Of a stretch of DNA of 64,000 bases, positions 28,208 through 43,093 are shown one piece after another (the first letter of the stretch is position 1; the number at the start of each line of letters is the position of its first letter). The notes beneath the pieces are model-generated. The model had not been told where the DNA came from and searched no databases. It was given only the letters and a program-made list of their open reading frames with translations. Source of the DNA: Eledone cirrhosa (Eukaryota); NCBI GenBank assembly GCA_964016885.1, contig OZ024741.1, positions 176,514,001 through 176,578,000 of the forward strand, in the 5' to 3' direction. The position numbers and the translations under genes are program-made.

Positions 28208-29319
28208 TAATATAAGATCAAAAGACGGTTAAAAGAGTTCCAAGTATTTTATTATGCGCATTTCAAAAACAAATATCATCATAGGATTATATCTGCGTTT
28301 TCATCACATAAAATAGGGATACATGGTATGAAGCTTAAAAAACACTTGTCAATAGTGAAGTTTTAAATCAACATATGAAAAATAATTTAAGATTGATGTA
28401 TGAGATTTTTATCTTTATGACTTTCCTTTCTTCCTCGTTTCTTTTTAATTTCTAACCTCTAATCTATACTTTTTCTTCCTAACTACTTCTCAATTCTTAT
28501 TATTACTCACTACAACATTATTCATTCTTCCATATTTTCTCATATCATTGACCATACAAATTATTATTATTTTTTTAATACATTATAGTATTACCTTTAA
28601 TAGTCCTTCGTAAACATAAACATTTTTTTTTACGTTAGATTTTTCTTTTCTTAAATTCCTTATCTCTTCATTTCATGCTCGTTTCACTTTTACATATTAC
28701 AATACATAAAAACAAACTTAAACCCTAACTAATTTCTTTTAATATATAATATTATTACCATTAGAACATATTTCGTAAACATATATTTTAATTTTAATAA
28801 TACATATAAATAATTTCTTTTCCTCGCAGATATTATTAAACCCTGCAATATACAAACCTTAATTTAATATTATTCTTAATCCCTTTTTCTCTTCATGCAT
28901 AAACCTCATTAACTTTTAATTTCAAATTCTTTTAGATTATCATTTATCTTCCAACGATTTTTAACTTCTCTCTGTGAGACAATATATTTTTTCTCAGTTG
29001 TAAAGGCTATCTCTCTCTCTCTATCACCCATCTCTCCTCCTCGCTCAGCCTTCCTTCTTATACACCTCCCCCACCATTATTTACTCTCATCTCCTCCTCT
29101 TCCTTACCTCCCCCCCTCACTTTTTCCCAATCTCATACATCAATCTAAATTATTTTTCATATGTTGATTTAAAACTTCACTATTCACAAGTGTTTTTTAA
29201 GCTTCATGTCATGTATCCCTATTTTATGTGATGAAAACGCAGATATCATCCCATGATGATATTTCTTTTGAAATGCGCATAATAAAATACTTGGAACTCT
29301 TTTAACCATCTTTTGATCT

Positions 29320-29326
<7 letters not shown>
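28208..29326. repeat. Inverted repeat (arms 28208-28407 / 29129-29326) carrying outward-facing hammerhead-like motifs (family E)
   Basis: At 29220-29289: TATTTTAT-GTGATGA-AAA..AGATATCATC(CCAT)GATGATATTT..TTT-GAAA-TGCGCA-TA-ATAAAATA; mirror copy at 28245-28315. C3 is G in both arms. Confidence 0.85.
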
Positions 29327-29360
<34 letters not shown>

Positions 29361-29363
<3 letters not shown>

Positions 29364-29528
29364 CGAAGGAAATGTGGTAAGGAACCAGGTGGACCATAAC
29401 GCACCAAAGTACTCAATACTTGAGGTAGTAGAGTGGGTAATAGGAACCAGTAAGACCCCGACAGCTGAGCTCAAGCCGTTTCGACGGCTAAAACGGCTTG
29501 AGCTCAGCTGTCGGGGTCTTACTGGTTC

Positions 29529-29531
<3 letters not shown>
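29361..29531 (-). mobile_element. 3' part of the family C pLTR ending in a perfect ~40-bp fold-back
   Basis: 29361-29490 is the reverse complement of 32460-32589; 29491-29530 is the reverse complement of 29442-29481. Confidence 0.85.
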
Positions 29532-29573
<42 letters not shown>

Positions 29574-29865
29574 AACCATATATATATATAAATATAAATT
29601 AGCGAGAATCGTATTTCGGTTTAGGAATTAACGAAAAACAAATTCGGAGATGTGTGGCAAGCACTCAATGATTCAGATGAACCAGAGCTACAAGATACGT
29701 TAAAGGCCAAACACACTGAGACGATGGTTAAACAATCATCCGCACAGCCACAAAAACGACCAAGTAATTCGGGTCAAACAAATAAAAATGTATGTGATTG
29801 AAAGAAAAAATATATATATATACATATATATATATATACATATATAAAGGTATATATATATATAT

Positions 29866-29913
<48 letters not shown>

Positions 29914-30057
29914 ATACTTGGGGAGGGTCATATTTGTGTAATATTGCCAGAATTAATAACAGAACACACTCACTATATATATATATATATATATATATAA
30001 CGGCGATGAATTAGTTTTGCGAGGTTTTTTATATGAAATCGTGTGTGGAAACAAATA

Positions 30058-31304
<1,247 letters not shown>

Positions 31305-31385
31305 TATATACATAATATACTGGCCTTGCAAGTAAGAAAATCTTAAGAAATATAAATCAATATATATATATATATATATATATGC

Positions 31386-31444
<59 letters not shown>

Positions 31445-31459
31445 TACATGTATATATGC

Positions 31460-31532
<73 letters not shown>

Positions 31533-32197
31533 TATATATATACGCACACATGCACACACACAAGCGAGACAACAACACACGCACAAACAGACCCCACACC
31601 GTAGCATTCCACCATACGAACACACTACACTGCCAATACAGAGGGGCAAGGCAACAACACATGCACACACACACGCAGTAACATTCAACAAACAGGCAGA
31701 GAATGGGCTGACAGCTAGCGCCACACCACTCCCACAATTAAAAGAACTACTTCGGCCGCTGACATCTGCCCGACCGACCGCATTTCACGCACATGCGCGC
31801 TCTGTCGAATACCTCAGATATTCAAAACACCGAACAGCGGAGGACGCGTTTCGCACCTTTCCGACAGACAACCTTTCCCCCACCCCGAAAAAAAACCCAG
31901 TTGATGGATGTGAATCCGAAATATATAAGGACAATTAAATCACTCACAAGGTAACTCTCTCTCGTGTTGTTATTTTAATTTTATCCTTTATGCTTTTTCC
32001 TTCATTCCTCTACACGTCTTATACACGCCACGCATCTCAACGTAAAACCACTTACATCTCTCTCTCCACCACCGGATCTTGTTACCCGGAGATTTACCCA
32101 TTTGCATTGTCGAGGCTTCAAACGACTTAAAGAAATTTACCTTATTATTCCACAATGCTTCAAGCAAACTTCAATACTCTCTTATATATATATATAA

Positions 32198-32282
<85 letters not shown>

Positions 32283-32401
32283 CTACTGATTTTTGACAAT
32301 CCCTTTGACCATATATGGAATTACCCCTTGAGAAGATCGGCTACTTTGATATATATAATTACTACTGATTTTTGACAATCACTTTGACCATATATGGAAT
32401 T

Positions 32402-32495
32402 ACCCCTTAAGAAGATCGGCTATTTAAATACCAGGATAAATTTTCATTTAGTCCAGAATTAGCCGTCGAAACGGCTTGAGCTCAGCTGTCGGGGT
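32402..32495 (+). ncRNA. Type I hammerhead, family C (U3-A8 core; G5 mutated in this copy but intact in the clipped duplicate at 32328-32334)
   Basis: ACCCC-TTAAGAA-GA(T)CGGCTA..TAGCCGTC-GAAA-CGGCT(TGAGCTC)AGCTG-TC-GGGGT; the upstream partial duplicate reads ACCCC-TTGAGAA-GATCGGCTA. Confidence 0.75.
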
Positions 32496-32637
32496 CTTAC
32501 TGGTTCCTATTACCCACTCTACTACCTCAAGTATTGAGTACTTTGGTGCGTTATGGTCCACCTGGTTCCTTACCACATTTCCTTCGTTATATATATATAT
32601 ATATATATATTATGTAATAAACAACCTAAGGCAATTA

Positions 32638-32698
32638 TTCCATTTACCAGTGGTTTCTTAAAAGCAAAAGGTTTTGCTTTCAATCCTCAGAATGAAAA
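32638..32698 (-). ncRNA. Intact minimal type I hammerhead (family G) in an inverted pLTR upstream of the PLE ORF
   Basis: Exact reverse complement of 39535-39595. Confidence 0.85.
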
Positions 32699-32842
32699 AA
32701 TCCTGGTTTGTTTATTGAATTTGGATTTTAAAACAAAAATGCAATCTATATGAAAGTGAGGCTGGAGAATAAAGAAGGAAAGGAAAAATAAAATAAAACT
32801 ACACATGCAAACACACACACAAAAAAATACAAAAGCATACAT

Positions 32843-32897
<55 letters not shown>

Positions 32898-33353
32898 CAC
32901 ATATATATACATACACATATATACACATACACATACATACAGATATACACATACATACACTCATACATACACACACACATATACATACATATATATACAT
33001 ATATATATACACATATACATATATATATATATGCGTGTACAAGCATACACATACACAAACATAACCATACACACACACATATACATACATACATTCACAT
33101 AATCATACATATATACACACGTACATACATACACATACATAAATGCACTCCTCTACATATTCACACACGCAAATAAATATAAGAAAAAAAAATATATATA
33201 TTAAAAATTTTTGACACCGATACATAAGGCAGTTAACTGGACAGACACGCGTGGATTGATTGAAGGATATTCTATATTACATATACGATTGGCACTTTCC
33301 AGCCCGATTAGTTGAGCACTCTACAGTTTTCAGGAATTTAACCAACATACACC

Positions 33354-35461
33354 ATGGATCTTTATGAATTGGATTATTCAATCAAAAATATACCCACACC
33401 TTCCAACACAACTTACACCAAAATCCTCATAGATAAAATCGAACAAGTCGTTAAAAGAATGAGATGGAAGGCAATGCTTTACGATGGACTATTCAGTGCT
33501 GATACTAAAGATCGTTTTGACATCATATCCCGTATATATCCACCTAGAATTAAAGACAGGGCCAACTTCGAATTAGACCTCGTTAATCTAATTAGTGATA
33601 TCAAATTTCGTAAGTACAATAATAACTTTCAAACTAAACTTTCTAACGATATTTGTAATTTTAGAAATTCTACAAACACTTTCGTTCTTTCTGATAAAAC
33701 TAAACACCTCTTTGAAGTTAATAGTACTTTGCATAACCAACGTTTAACTAATAGTATTACCAATAAATATCAATTAACTAATAATAATACCTACAATACT
33801 ATTAAATAAAGAAGCTAAAGAACTAGCTAGTTCTTTACAAATAGATAACCGGATTGAAAGCTTAGCTAAGCGTAAAGTATATATTACCCTTAAAGACCAT
33901 AAATTGGACTTTACTAATCGACCTAGTTGTAGACTGATTAACCCGGCTAAATCTGAGGTTGGCCTTGCAAGTAAGAAAATCTTAAGAAAAATAATTCTCC
34001 AAATTAGATCTAACACTGACCTTTCACAGTGGCTAAATACTTCCACTGTTATTTCTTGGTTCAATAATATACAAGGTAAAAATAAGTGTAGATTTACCCA
34101 ATTTGATATTGTCGATGTTTACCCTTCTATTACTGTTTCCTTATTAACTAATGCCTTAGATTTTGCAAGACCCTTCATTAATATTTCTAAATTAGAAGAA
34201 GACATTATCTTTCATGCTAGAAAAACTTTACTTTTTACTAATGATAATATTTGGGTTAAAAAGTCAAACCCTGAAAACTCTTTTGATATTGCAATGGGTT
34301 CATATGACAGGGCGGATGTGTGTGACTTAGTAGGATTATTCCTTCTCCACACCCTCAAAGAGAAATTTCCGTCCCATAATATCGGTTTATACCGTGATGA
34401 CGGATTAGCAGTTTCTCATACCACCAACGGCCATAACCTTGATAAATTCCGTAAAGATTTAATCAATACTTTTGCCAATCTTAACCTTAAAATTACTATA
34501 GATACGAACCTTACTAATGCTAACTTTCTTGATATTAATCTTGATCTACTTACTGCCTCTTTTAAACCCTATCATAAACCTAATGAAAATCTTAGGTATA
34601 TACACAAAGAGTCTTGCTATCCCCCTATAGTTTTTAATAATCTTATTCCTAACATTAGCCGTAGGATTTCTACCTTATTTTCGTCTATAGACATTTTTAG
34701 TAAAGCCGCCTCTTATTATAATAAAGCCCTTAAGAACAGCGGTTTTACAGAAAAAAATTCTTATTTACGTACTCCCCCCCCCCTAAAAACTAACCACTAT
34801 AACAGGAAATGGAAGATTATTTGGTTCACACCCCCCTTCTCTCTAACTGTCAAAACTAATGTAGGAAGGAAATTCCTTGAACTATTAGACAAACATTTTC
34901 CTCCTAATCATAGATATTATAAGATATTTAATAGGAACGTAGTTAAAATCAGCTACTCTTGTTGCCCATCTATGAAGTCCAAAATCACCAGTTCAAACCG
35001 TACGAGAATAAATCCAGGATGCAGTTGCAGGAAGCCGGATGAATGCCCATTGTAGGGTAAATGTAACACCAAATCTGTCGTTTATGAGGCTAAGATAACA
35101 CCGGTAATCAACAACCAGCCAGCCAGGAGTGAGCGATATGTCGGTATGACCCAGAACAGGTTTAAAACCAGATTTTCGATAAACGAACATCAACGGCCCT
35201 CGCAAGTAAGGTGTGGGAACTCAAGGATAGTAACATCCCGTACTCTATTGATTGGTCTATATTAGACCATTCGAGGGAGTACCAAAGGGGCACAAAGAAT
35301 TGTTTTTGTGTACCACAGAAAAGTATAGGATTTTGCTAAACTTGAGAGCCACTTCCGCTTGCCTTAACTCAAAGACTGTGATCTTCAGATGCTGTCCTCA
35401 TCTGAAATCGCATCTGATCTGTAACTGGATTGACACTCCTATGATAAATCAACCGCCTTGA
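33354..35461 (+). pseudogene. Penelope-like element (Naiad-type) RT + GIY-YIG endonuclease ORF with few lesions
   Basis: DYSIKNIPTPS..KRMRWKA, RLINPAKSEVG, QFDIVDVYPSI, MGSYD..VCDLVG, GLYRDDGLA, NFLDINLDL, IIWFTPPFS, CSC..CPL*GKC..SVVYEA..YVGMT..FKTRF, LC..EK..CCPH. Lesions: frameshift at ~33805, TAG at 35053, a deletion at ~35175 and a frameshift at ~35305. Confidence 0.92.
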
Positions 35462-35769
35462 ACTCCTTTTCTGCTCTTTACTTCTGCTACGGTTTTTATT
35501 TTGCTGATTCTACGTTCTGTACTCTTGTATATTTACTTATTTTTTTCTCCCTTACCTCCCCTTATATTTCACCTTTTCTGATGCCCCCCCCCCATATATT
35601 CTTTTTGCCTTGCCCTTCACACATCTATGTGTATGTGTATGTATATTTGTGTGTATATATATATATGTATATATGTATGTATATATATATATATGTATGT
35701 GTGTGTATGTGTATATATATGTATATATTTGTGTGTGTATATGTATGTATATGTGGATAGATCAGGTTT

Positions 35770-35830
35770 TTTTCATTCTGAAGATTGAAGGGAAATTTTT
35801 TTGCTTTTAAGATACCACTGGTGAATGGAA
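35770..35830 (+). ncRNA. Degenerate family G hammerhead in the 3' pLTR of the PLE
   Basis: TTCATT-CTGAAGA-TTGAAG..CTTTTAA-GATA-CCACTGG-TG-AATGGAA; GAAA and the cleavage triplet are both mutated. Confidence 0.65.
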
Positions 35831-36155
35831 TAATTGCCATATGTTGCTTTATTACTTTACTACTATATATATGTATATGTAAGGTTCATATGAATTATCT
35901 AAGACTGAGTTGTACACATACACACATGTATGTGTGTGTGTATGTGTATGCATATGTATATATGTGTATATATATATATATATATGTGTATATATATATA
36001 TGTGTGTGTATATATATATGTATGTGTGTGTGTGTATTTGTATTTGGTTGTGCGTGTTTATGATATGTACGTATTTGTATGTGTATAATTGTATAGCTAT
36101 GTATGTATATGTGTGTGTATGTATACATATATGTGTGTGTGTGTATGTTTATATT

Positions 36156-36228
<73 letters not shown>

Positions 36229-37010
36229 ATGTAATTGCATATACATATGTGTGTGTATATATTGTATACGTGTGCGTGTTTGTGCATGTATGTGGATGTA
36301 TGTGTTTATGTATTTGTATATGTATATTTATGTGTGAGAGTGTGTGTATGTATTTACTATTTCGTACGTATGTATACGTGCATTTGTGTGTATTACTTAC
36401 CACCGGTGTCTGTCCAGTTAGCTGCCTTATGTATCGGTGTCAAACATTTTTAATATATATACATTTTTTTTCTTATATTTATTTGCGTGTGTGAATATGT
36501 AGAGGAGTGCATTTATGTATGTGTATGTATGTACGTGTGTATATATGTATGATTGTGTGAATGTATGTATGTATATGTGTGTGTGTATGGCTATGTTTGT
36601 GTATGTGTATGCTTGTACACACATATATATATATATATATATGTATATGTGTATATATATATGTATATATATGTGTGTATATATGTGTGTGTGTGTGTAT
36701 GTATGAATGTATGTATGTGTATATGTGTATGTATGTGTATGTGTATATATGTGTATGTATATATATGTGTATATGTATATATGTATATTGTTATACTTTG
36801 GGAGGGTCATGTTGCCAATAAGAATCTTGCTAAACAAATTCAGAAACGAAATATATATGTATATATATATATATATATAGATAAATCTACCAAGAGTTTA
36901 CGGTAGTGTCCAATCCGTATGAAGAACTCAATGTATTCCGGATATCATGGAAAGAAGAGATGTAATGAAAAACCACTTTCGGTGAAAGATAAACGGTATA
37001 CAGAGTCAAG

Positions 37011-37928
37011 ATAAAATATTAAACAAATAATGAATAAACAATTCCTTATATTAAACAAAAAAAGTTCATTATTTAACGATCGTTTCTAGGATATATATGT
37101 GTGATAGAATTGGTATGCATATTCAACAGATCTATGTACAAAATTATACAAAATTATACAAATTATCAAGATTAAATATACATACCAAACACATATATAC
37201 GCCGTCTTCAGAAATAATGAAGTATATTTATTGATAATAACAACAGTTCAAAATTTCAGGTCCGTTTGGGAACAAAAATTGACCAATGAAAACACAAAGG
37301 GTTAAATGCAGTTCGGTGTGTGTATATACATGTAAAACCCTTACACATATTTTACAAAAATGTATGTATAATTTGTATACGCATACTAAAAGGATGGATG
37401 CAAATACAAAATTTCAAGGTTAATGTCTCTGTGAGTTTATAATGTACAAATAAGATGCGTAATGACACTTATGAAATTAAGCATATAAATATATTTTTTC
37501 ATACTCACTCACATCCGTACAATCACACATACACGCGCATATATGCATAAATATACACATAACCACGAATATACAAACACACACACACCCCCACTCACAT
37601 TTATATATGTGGATATAAAATCATAAGCACATGGATATTAATTCACTCACATAAAACACTGGCACACACATTTTCAGATCAAGATACAGAAATTAGGTGG
37701 GATGGGGGGGGGGGAGGGGTCAGTATTCAACGGTCTGAGCAGACTGCTTAATATAAATGTATCTATAAACTAAGAAAAATAAAATAAAAATAAAACAAAT
37801 AAAAAAATAAAATATAATAAATAAAACATTAAGGAGGAAAGAATAGAAAGAAAAACAGAAAAAAGAAAAAAGAAAAAAGAAAAAAAGAAATATATCAAGA
37901 AAATAAATATACACACATACACATATAT

Positions 37929-37977
<49 letters not shown>

Positions 37978-38369
37978 TACATATATATATAAAAAACATA
38001 CATATATATACACATAGACACTCACACATCCATACATAAATATACACACATATATAAACACATACATACATATACACACATCCACACTATGTGTGTGTAT
38101 ATGTACGTGTATATGCATATATATGTATATATATGTGTATATATATATATATATATATGGTTGTATATATATGTGTATGTGTATTTGTATGTATATGTGT
38201 ATATGTATGTATGTGTGTATATGTATAGGTTTGTATATGTGTGTGTATGTATGTTCTTAGTGTGGATGTGTGTATATGTATGTATGTGTTTATATATGTG
38301 TGTATATTTATGTATGGATGTGTGAGTGTCTATGTGTATATATATGTATGTTTTTTATATATATATGTA

Positions 38370-38418
<49 letters not shown>

Positions 38419-39326
38419 ATATATGTGTATGTGTGTATATTTATTTTCTTGATATATTTCTTTTTTTCTTTTTTCTTTTTTCTTTTTTCTGTTTTTCTTT
38501 CTATTCTTTCCTCCTTAATGTTTTATTTATTATATTTTATTTTTTTATTTGTTTTATTTTTATTTTATTTTTCTTAGTTTATAGATACATTTATATTAAG
38601 CAGTCTGCTCAGACCGTTGAATACTGACCCCTCCCCCCCCCCATCCCACCTAATTTCTGTATCTTGATCTGAAAATGTGTGTGCCAGTGTTTTATGTGAG
38701 TGAATTAATATCCATGTGCTTATGATTTTATATCCACATATATAAATGTGAGTGGGGGTGTGTGTGTGTTTGTATATTCGTGGTTATGTGTATATTTATG
38801 CATATACGCGCGTGTATGTGTGATTGTACGGATGTGAGTGAGTATGAAAAAATATATTTATATGCTTAATTTCATAAGTGTCATTACGCATCTTATTTGT
38901 ACATTATAAACTCACAGAGACATTAACCTTGAAATTTTGTATTTGCATCCATCCTTTTAGTATGCGTATACAAATTATACATACATTTTTGTAAAATATG
39001 TGTAAGGGTTTTACATGTATATACACACACCGAACTGCATTTAACCCTTTGTGTTTTCATTGGTCAATTTTTGTTCCCAAACGGACCTGAAATTTTGAAT
39101 TGTTGTTATTATCAATAAATATACTTCATTATTTCTGAAGACGGCGTATATATGTGTTTGGTATGTATATTTAATCTTGATAATTTGTATAATTTTGTAT
39201 AATTTTGTACATAGATCTGTTGAATATGCATACCAATTCTATCACACATATATATCCTAGAAACGATCGTTAAATAATGAACTTTTTTTGTTTAATATAA
39301 GGAATTGTTTATTCATTATTTGTTTA

Positions 39327-39335
<9 letters not shown>
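37011..39335. repeat. Giant near-perfect palindrome (arms 37011-38089 / 38258-39335, 168-bp spacer)
   Basis: Arms are reverse complements, with only about 2 differences seen by eye; the mirrored ORFs 37720-38118(-) and 38241-38627(+) confirm this. Confidence 0.95.
39125..39281 (+). ncRNA. Type I hammerhead with very long stem II (family H); mirror copy at 37065-37221(-)
   Basis: TTCATTATTT-CTGAAGA-[CGG..TATATATGTGT TTGGTATGTATATTTAA..TTGAATATGCATACCAA..ACACATATATA..CCTA]-GAAA-CGATCG-TT-AAATAATGAA; perfect 10-bp stem I and palindromic stem III. Confidence 0.8.
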
Positions 39336-39389
<54 letters not shown>

Positions 39390-39534
39390 ATGTATGCTTT
39401 TGTGTTTTTTTTTGTGTGTGTTTGCATGTGTAGTTTTATTTTATTTTTCCTTTCCTTCTTCCTTTTCCAGCCTCACTTTCATATAGATTGTATTTTTGTT
39501 TTTAAAATCCAAATTCAATAAACAAACCAGGATT

Positions 39535-39595
39535 TTTTCATTCTGAGGATTGAAAGCAAAACCTTTTGCTTTTAAGAAACCACTGGTAAATGGAA
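39535..39595 (+). ncRNA. Intact minimal type I hammerhead (family G)
   Basis: TTTCATT-CTGAGGA-TTGAAAGCAAAA(CC)TTTTGCTTTTAA-GAAA-CCACTGG-TA-AATGGAA; canonical core, GUA site. Confidence 0.85.
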
Positions 39596-39691
39596 TAATT
39601 GCCTTATGTTGTTTATTACATAATAATAATTAGGCTCTGTTTCTTACATAGAGCACTCCTTTTTCCTGGACTTTTCCGACGGAATTACTTC

Positions 39692-39812
<121 letters not shown>

Positions 39813-39953
39813 TAAAAATATTTACACATACACCAATTAAACAAAGTCAGAGGTATATATGTTTGTGTGGTTAATTATGCTGATTGGGAATAGAGATGAT
39901 GTATATATAGTATCAAGTGATTCTCTGGACATGTTTTACTTTAGTATATATAT

Positions 39954-40044
<91 letters not shown>

Positions 40045-40120
40045 TAAATATATATATATATATATATTTATACATATATATGCATATATATATATATATA
40101 TATATATGTATATGTATATA

Positions 40121-40201
<81 letters not shown>

Positions 40202-40285
40202 GTAAAATTGAACATGGACAGAACAGAGAGGCAGTACAATAAATGTTTATTTAATTCACAATCAGGAGAGGGGAGGGTAGGTGGG

Positions 40286-40322
40286 GGACGACGTTTCGGG
40301 CATAAGCCCTTCTTTAGGTGAG
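40286..40322 (-). ncRNA. Degenerate minimal hammerhead (family J)
   Basis: Reverse strand: AC-CTAAAGA-A-GGGC(TTAT)GCCC-GAAA-CG-TC-GT, with a G5->A lesion. Confidence 0.55.
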
Positions 40323-40348
40323 AAGTGTGTGGGAACAGAGTTCAAAAG

Positions 40349-40379
<31 letters not shown>

Positions 40380-40799
40380 ATCAACCTTTAGCAAATAAGA
40401 AAAAGTTTCGAAATACATTTTTAAAAATTCACTGTACTCACTATGATTACCTTTACCGAATCGGTTCGAGTCTCAAAAATAAATGTACAGTCCTTGCGGC
40501 CTTCCATTGGAAAGATAAACTCTTGTCAGAAGGTTCTTTTCACTCGGAGAATATAAAATTCCCGTGTTCAAATTACGAACTGGCGCTATTCAAAATTGTA
40601 CCCGAGATGAGAATGAATGATGTGGAAGCAATTCTGTCCAGTGCCGTGTGTAAAGATAGAAGCAGAGACAGGGTGGTCAATCTACTACCACTATAAATAG
40701 CAGCAGTCAGAACGACCACATTTTATCTCGACCAAGAGGAGATTAATAATAATAATAAAATATATATCCCTACACGCAAAAAGCGTCTATATATTTATA

Positions 40800-40940
<141 letters not shown>

Positions 40941-40973
40941 ATATGCATATATATATATATATGTATATATAAA

Positions 40974-41220
40974 GTGAAACAGAAGAGACTGAGGTTAGCT
41001 GGAACTGCTCAACGACATCCAGAGTTGACATTGCACTCAGTGCTCCTTTGGGAGCCCCTACTTGGATACACTAGAAGTGGAAGACCGAGGTTAACGTATG
41101 TTGATGCCCTAAGGACACACACTGGTCTGTTGGAGACGCAGGACATGGCAGCGATAATGATGGACAGAGACCGCTGGAGAGAACTCGTCCAGTGATCTCG
41201 GGAATTTTACCAACCTTAGA
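40974..41220 (+). mobile_element. 3' terminal fragment of an RTE-type LINE
   Basis: [42 protein letters not shown]. Confidence 0.8.
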
Positions 41221-41226
41221 ATATAT

Positions 41227-41307
<81 letters not shown>

Positions 41308-41390
41308 ACCGCGTGATGGGTATCCAGCCCCATTAATTCTATGCCGACACGCATATATATACACATGTACATATATACATATATATGTAC

Positions 41391-41541
<151 letters not shown>

Positions 41542-41677
41542 TATATATATATATTTATATATATATATATATATTCCTGAGTCCTGTATTTTCGTTTCTG
41601 TGGTAATGCGGCTGGACTGCCGATCGCTATATTTGATTTGCTAAGCTGTCTAAACGTATTGTTATTACTCTGGGGTA

Positions 41678-43093
41678 CATACTTATGCTAGCAAATACAT
41701 AGGTTTTGTCTTAGTAACTTTGTGGTTCAATGCATAGGGATGCAGAACAATAATATGAGAGACGTAAAATAAGAAAATTATAAAATTAACTTACTTACTA
41801 AAATTTCACTCCAACTAATTAGTTTCTGAAAGGGAATAAACATAGCTTCCGAAGAAACGTACGAAGAAGCCTTTCGTCACCAGGGAAGTCTATTCTAAGC
41901 TAAGTTTCCAGGCAATACGTGGACACAGGGAACTTATACAAAAATAATTCAGTGGATAGAAAAAAGCAAAGCGTGGACTAAATTCCAAGCCATTGAAATA
42001 ATCACTGCCTACTGCGTCGGTGGCAAATTCAAAAGGATGAGTCACGTGACATCGAGGTCAATCAGTGAAGAGTGGTTTGTTAAGAAGAAAACAGCGTGAC
42101 TGTTACTATAGTAGCAGTTTTGGCCAATTTTTTCTCGACAAAATAATTTGGAGATAATTATAAAGAATTAAAATATCTAGGAACATATATATACACAGAT
42201 GCATACTTATGCTAGCAAATACATAGGTTTTGTCTTAGTAACTTTGTGGTTCAATGCATAGGGATGCAGAACAATAATATGAGAGACGTAAAATAAGAAA
42301 ATTATAAAATTAACTTACTTACTAAAATTTCACTCCAACTAATTAGTTTCTGAAAGGGAATAAACATAGCTTCCGAAGAAACGTACGAAGAAGCCTTTTG
42401 TCATCAGGGAAGTCTATTGTCAGCTAAGTTTCCTGGCAATACGTGGACGCAGAGAACTTAGGCTTCTCCGTACGTTTCTTCGGAAGTTATGTTTATTCCC
42501 TTTCAGAAACTAATCAGTTGGAGTGAAATTTTAGTAAGTAAGTTAATTTTATAATTTTCTTATTTTACGTCTCTCATATTATTGTTCTGCATCCCCATGC
42601 ATTGAACCACGAAATTACTAAGACAAAACCTATGTATTTGCTAGCATAAGTATGCATCTGTGTATACATATGTTACTAGATATATTAATTCTTTATAATT
42701 ATCTCCAAATTATTTTGTCGAGCAAAAATTGGCTAAAACTGCTACTATAGTAACAGTCCGGCTGTTGTCTTCTTAACAAACCACTCTTCACTGATTGACC
42801 TCGATGTCACGTGACTGATTCTTTTGAATTGGCCACCGACGCAGTAGGCAGTGATTTTTTCAATGGCTTGGAATTTAGTCCAAGCTTTGATTTTTTCCAT
42901 CCACTGAATTATGTTTGTATAAGTTCCCTGTGTCCACGTATTGCCTGGAAACTTAGCTGTGAATAGACTTCCATGATGACGAAAGGCTTCTTCGTACGTT
43001 TCTTCGGAAGTTATGTTTATTCCCTTTCAGAAACTAATTAGTTGGAGTGAAATTTTAGTAAGTAAGTTAATTTTATAATTTTCTTATTCTACG

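Noticed and set aside
31896-31931. CAGTTGA-T-GGA(TGTGAA)TCC-GAAA-TATA-TA-AGG
   Set aside because: Probably a decayed hammerhead, but it has two core lesions, a weak stem I and only one copy, so it was not called.
36915-37000. CCGT-ATGAAGA..GAAAGATAA-ACGG, and GAAACCATGGTG at ~16288
   Set aside because: Too degenerate to distinguish from chance.
40420-40745. Unique higher-complexity island that could be a host exon
   Set aside because: No recognisable domain in the 123-aa ORF, and the splice signals are ambiguous.
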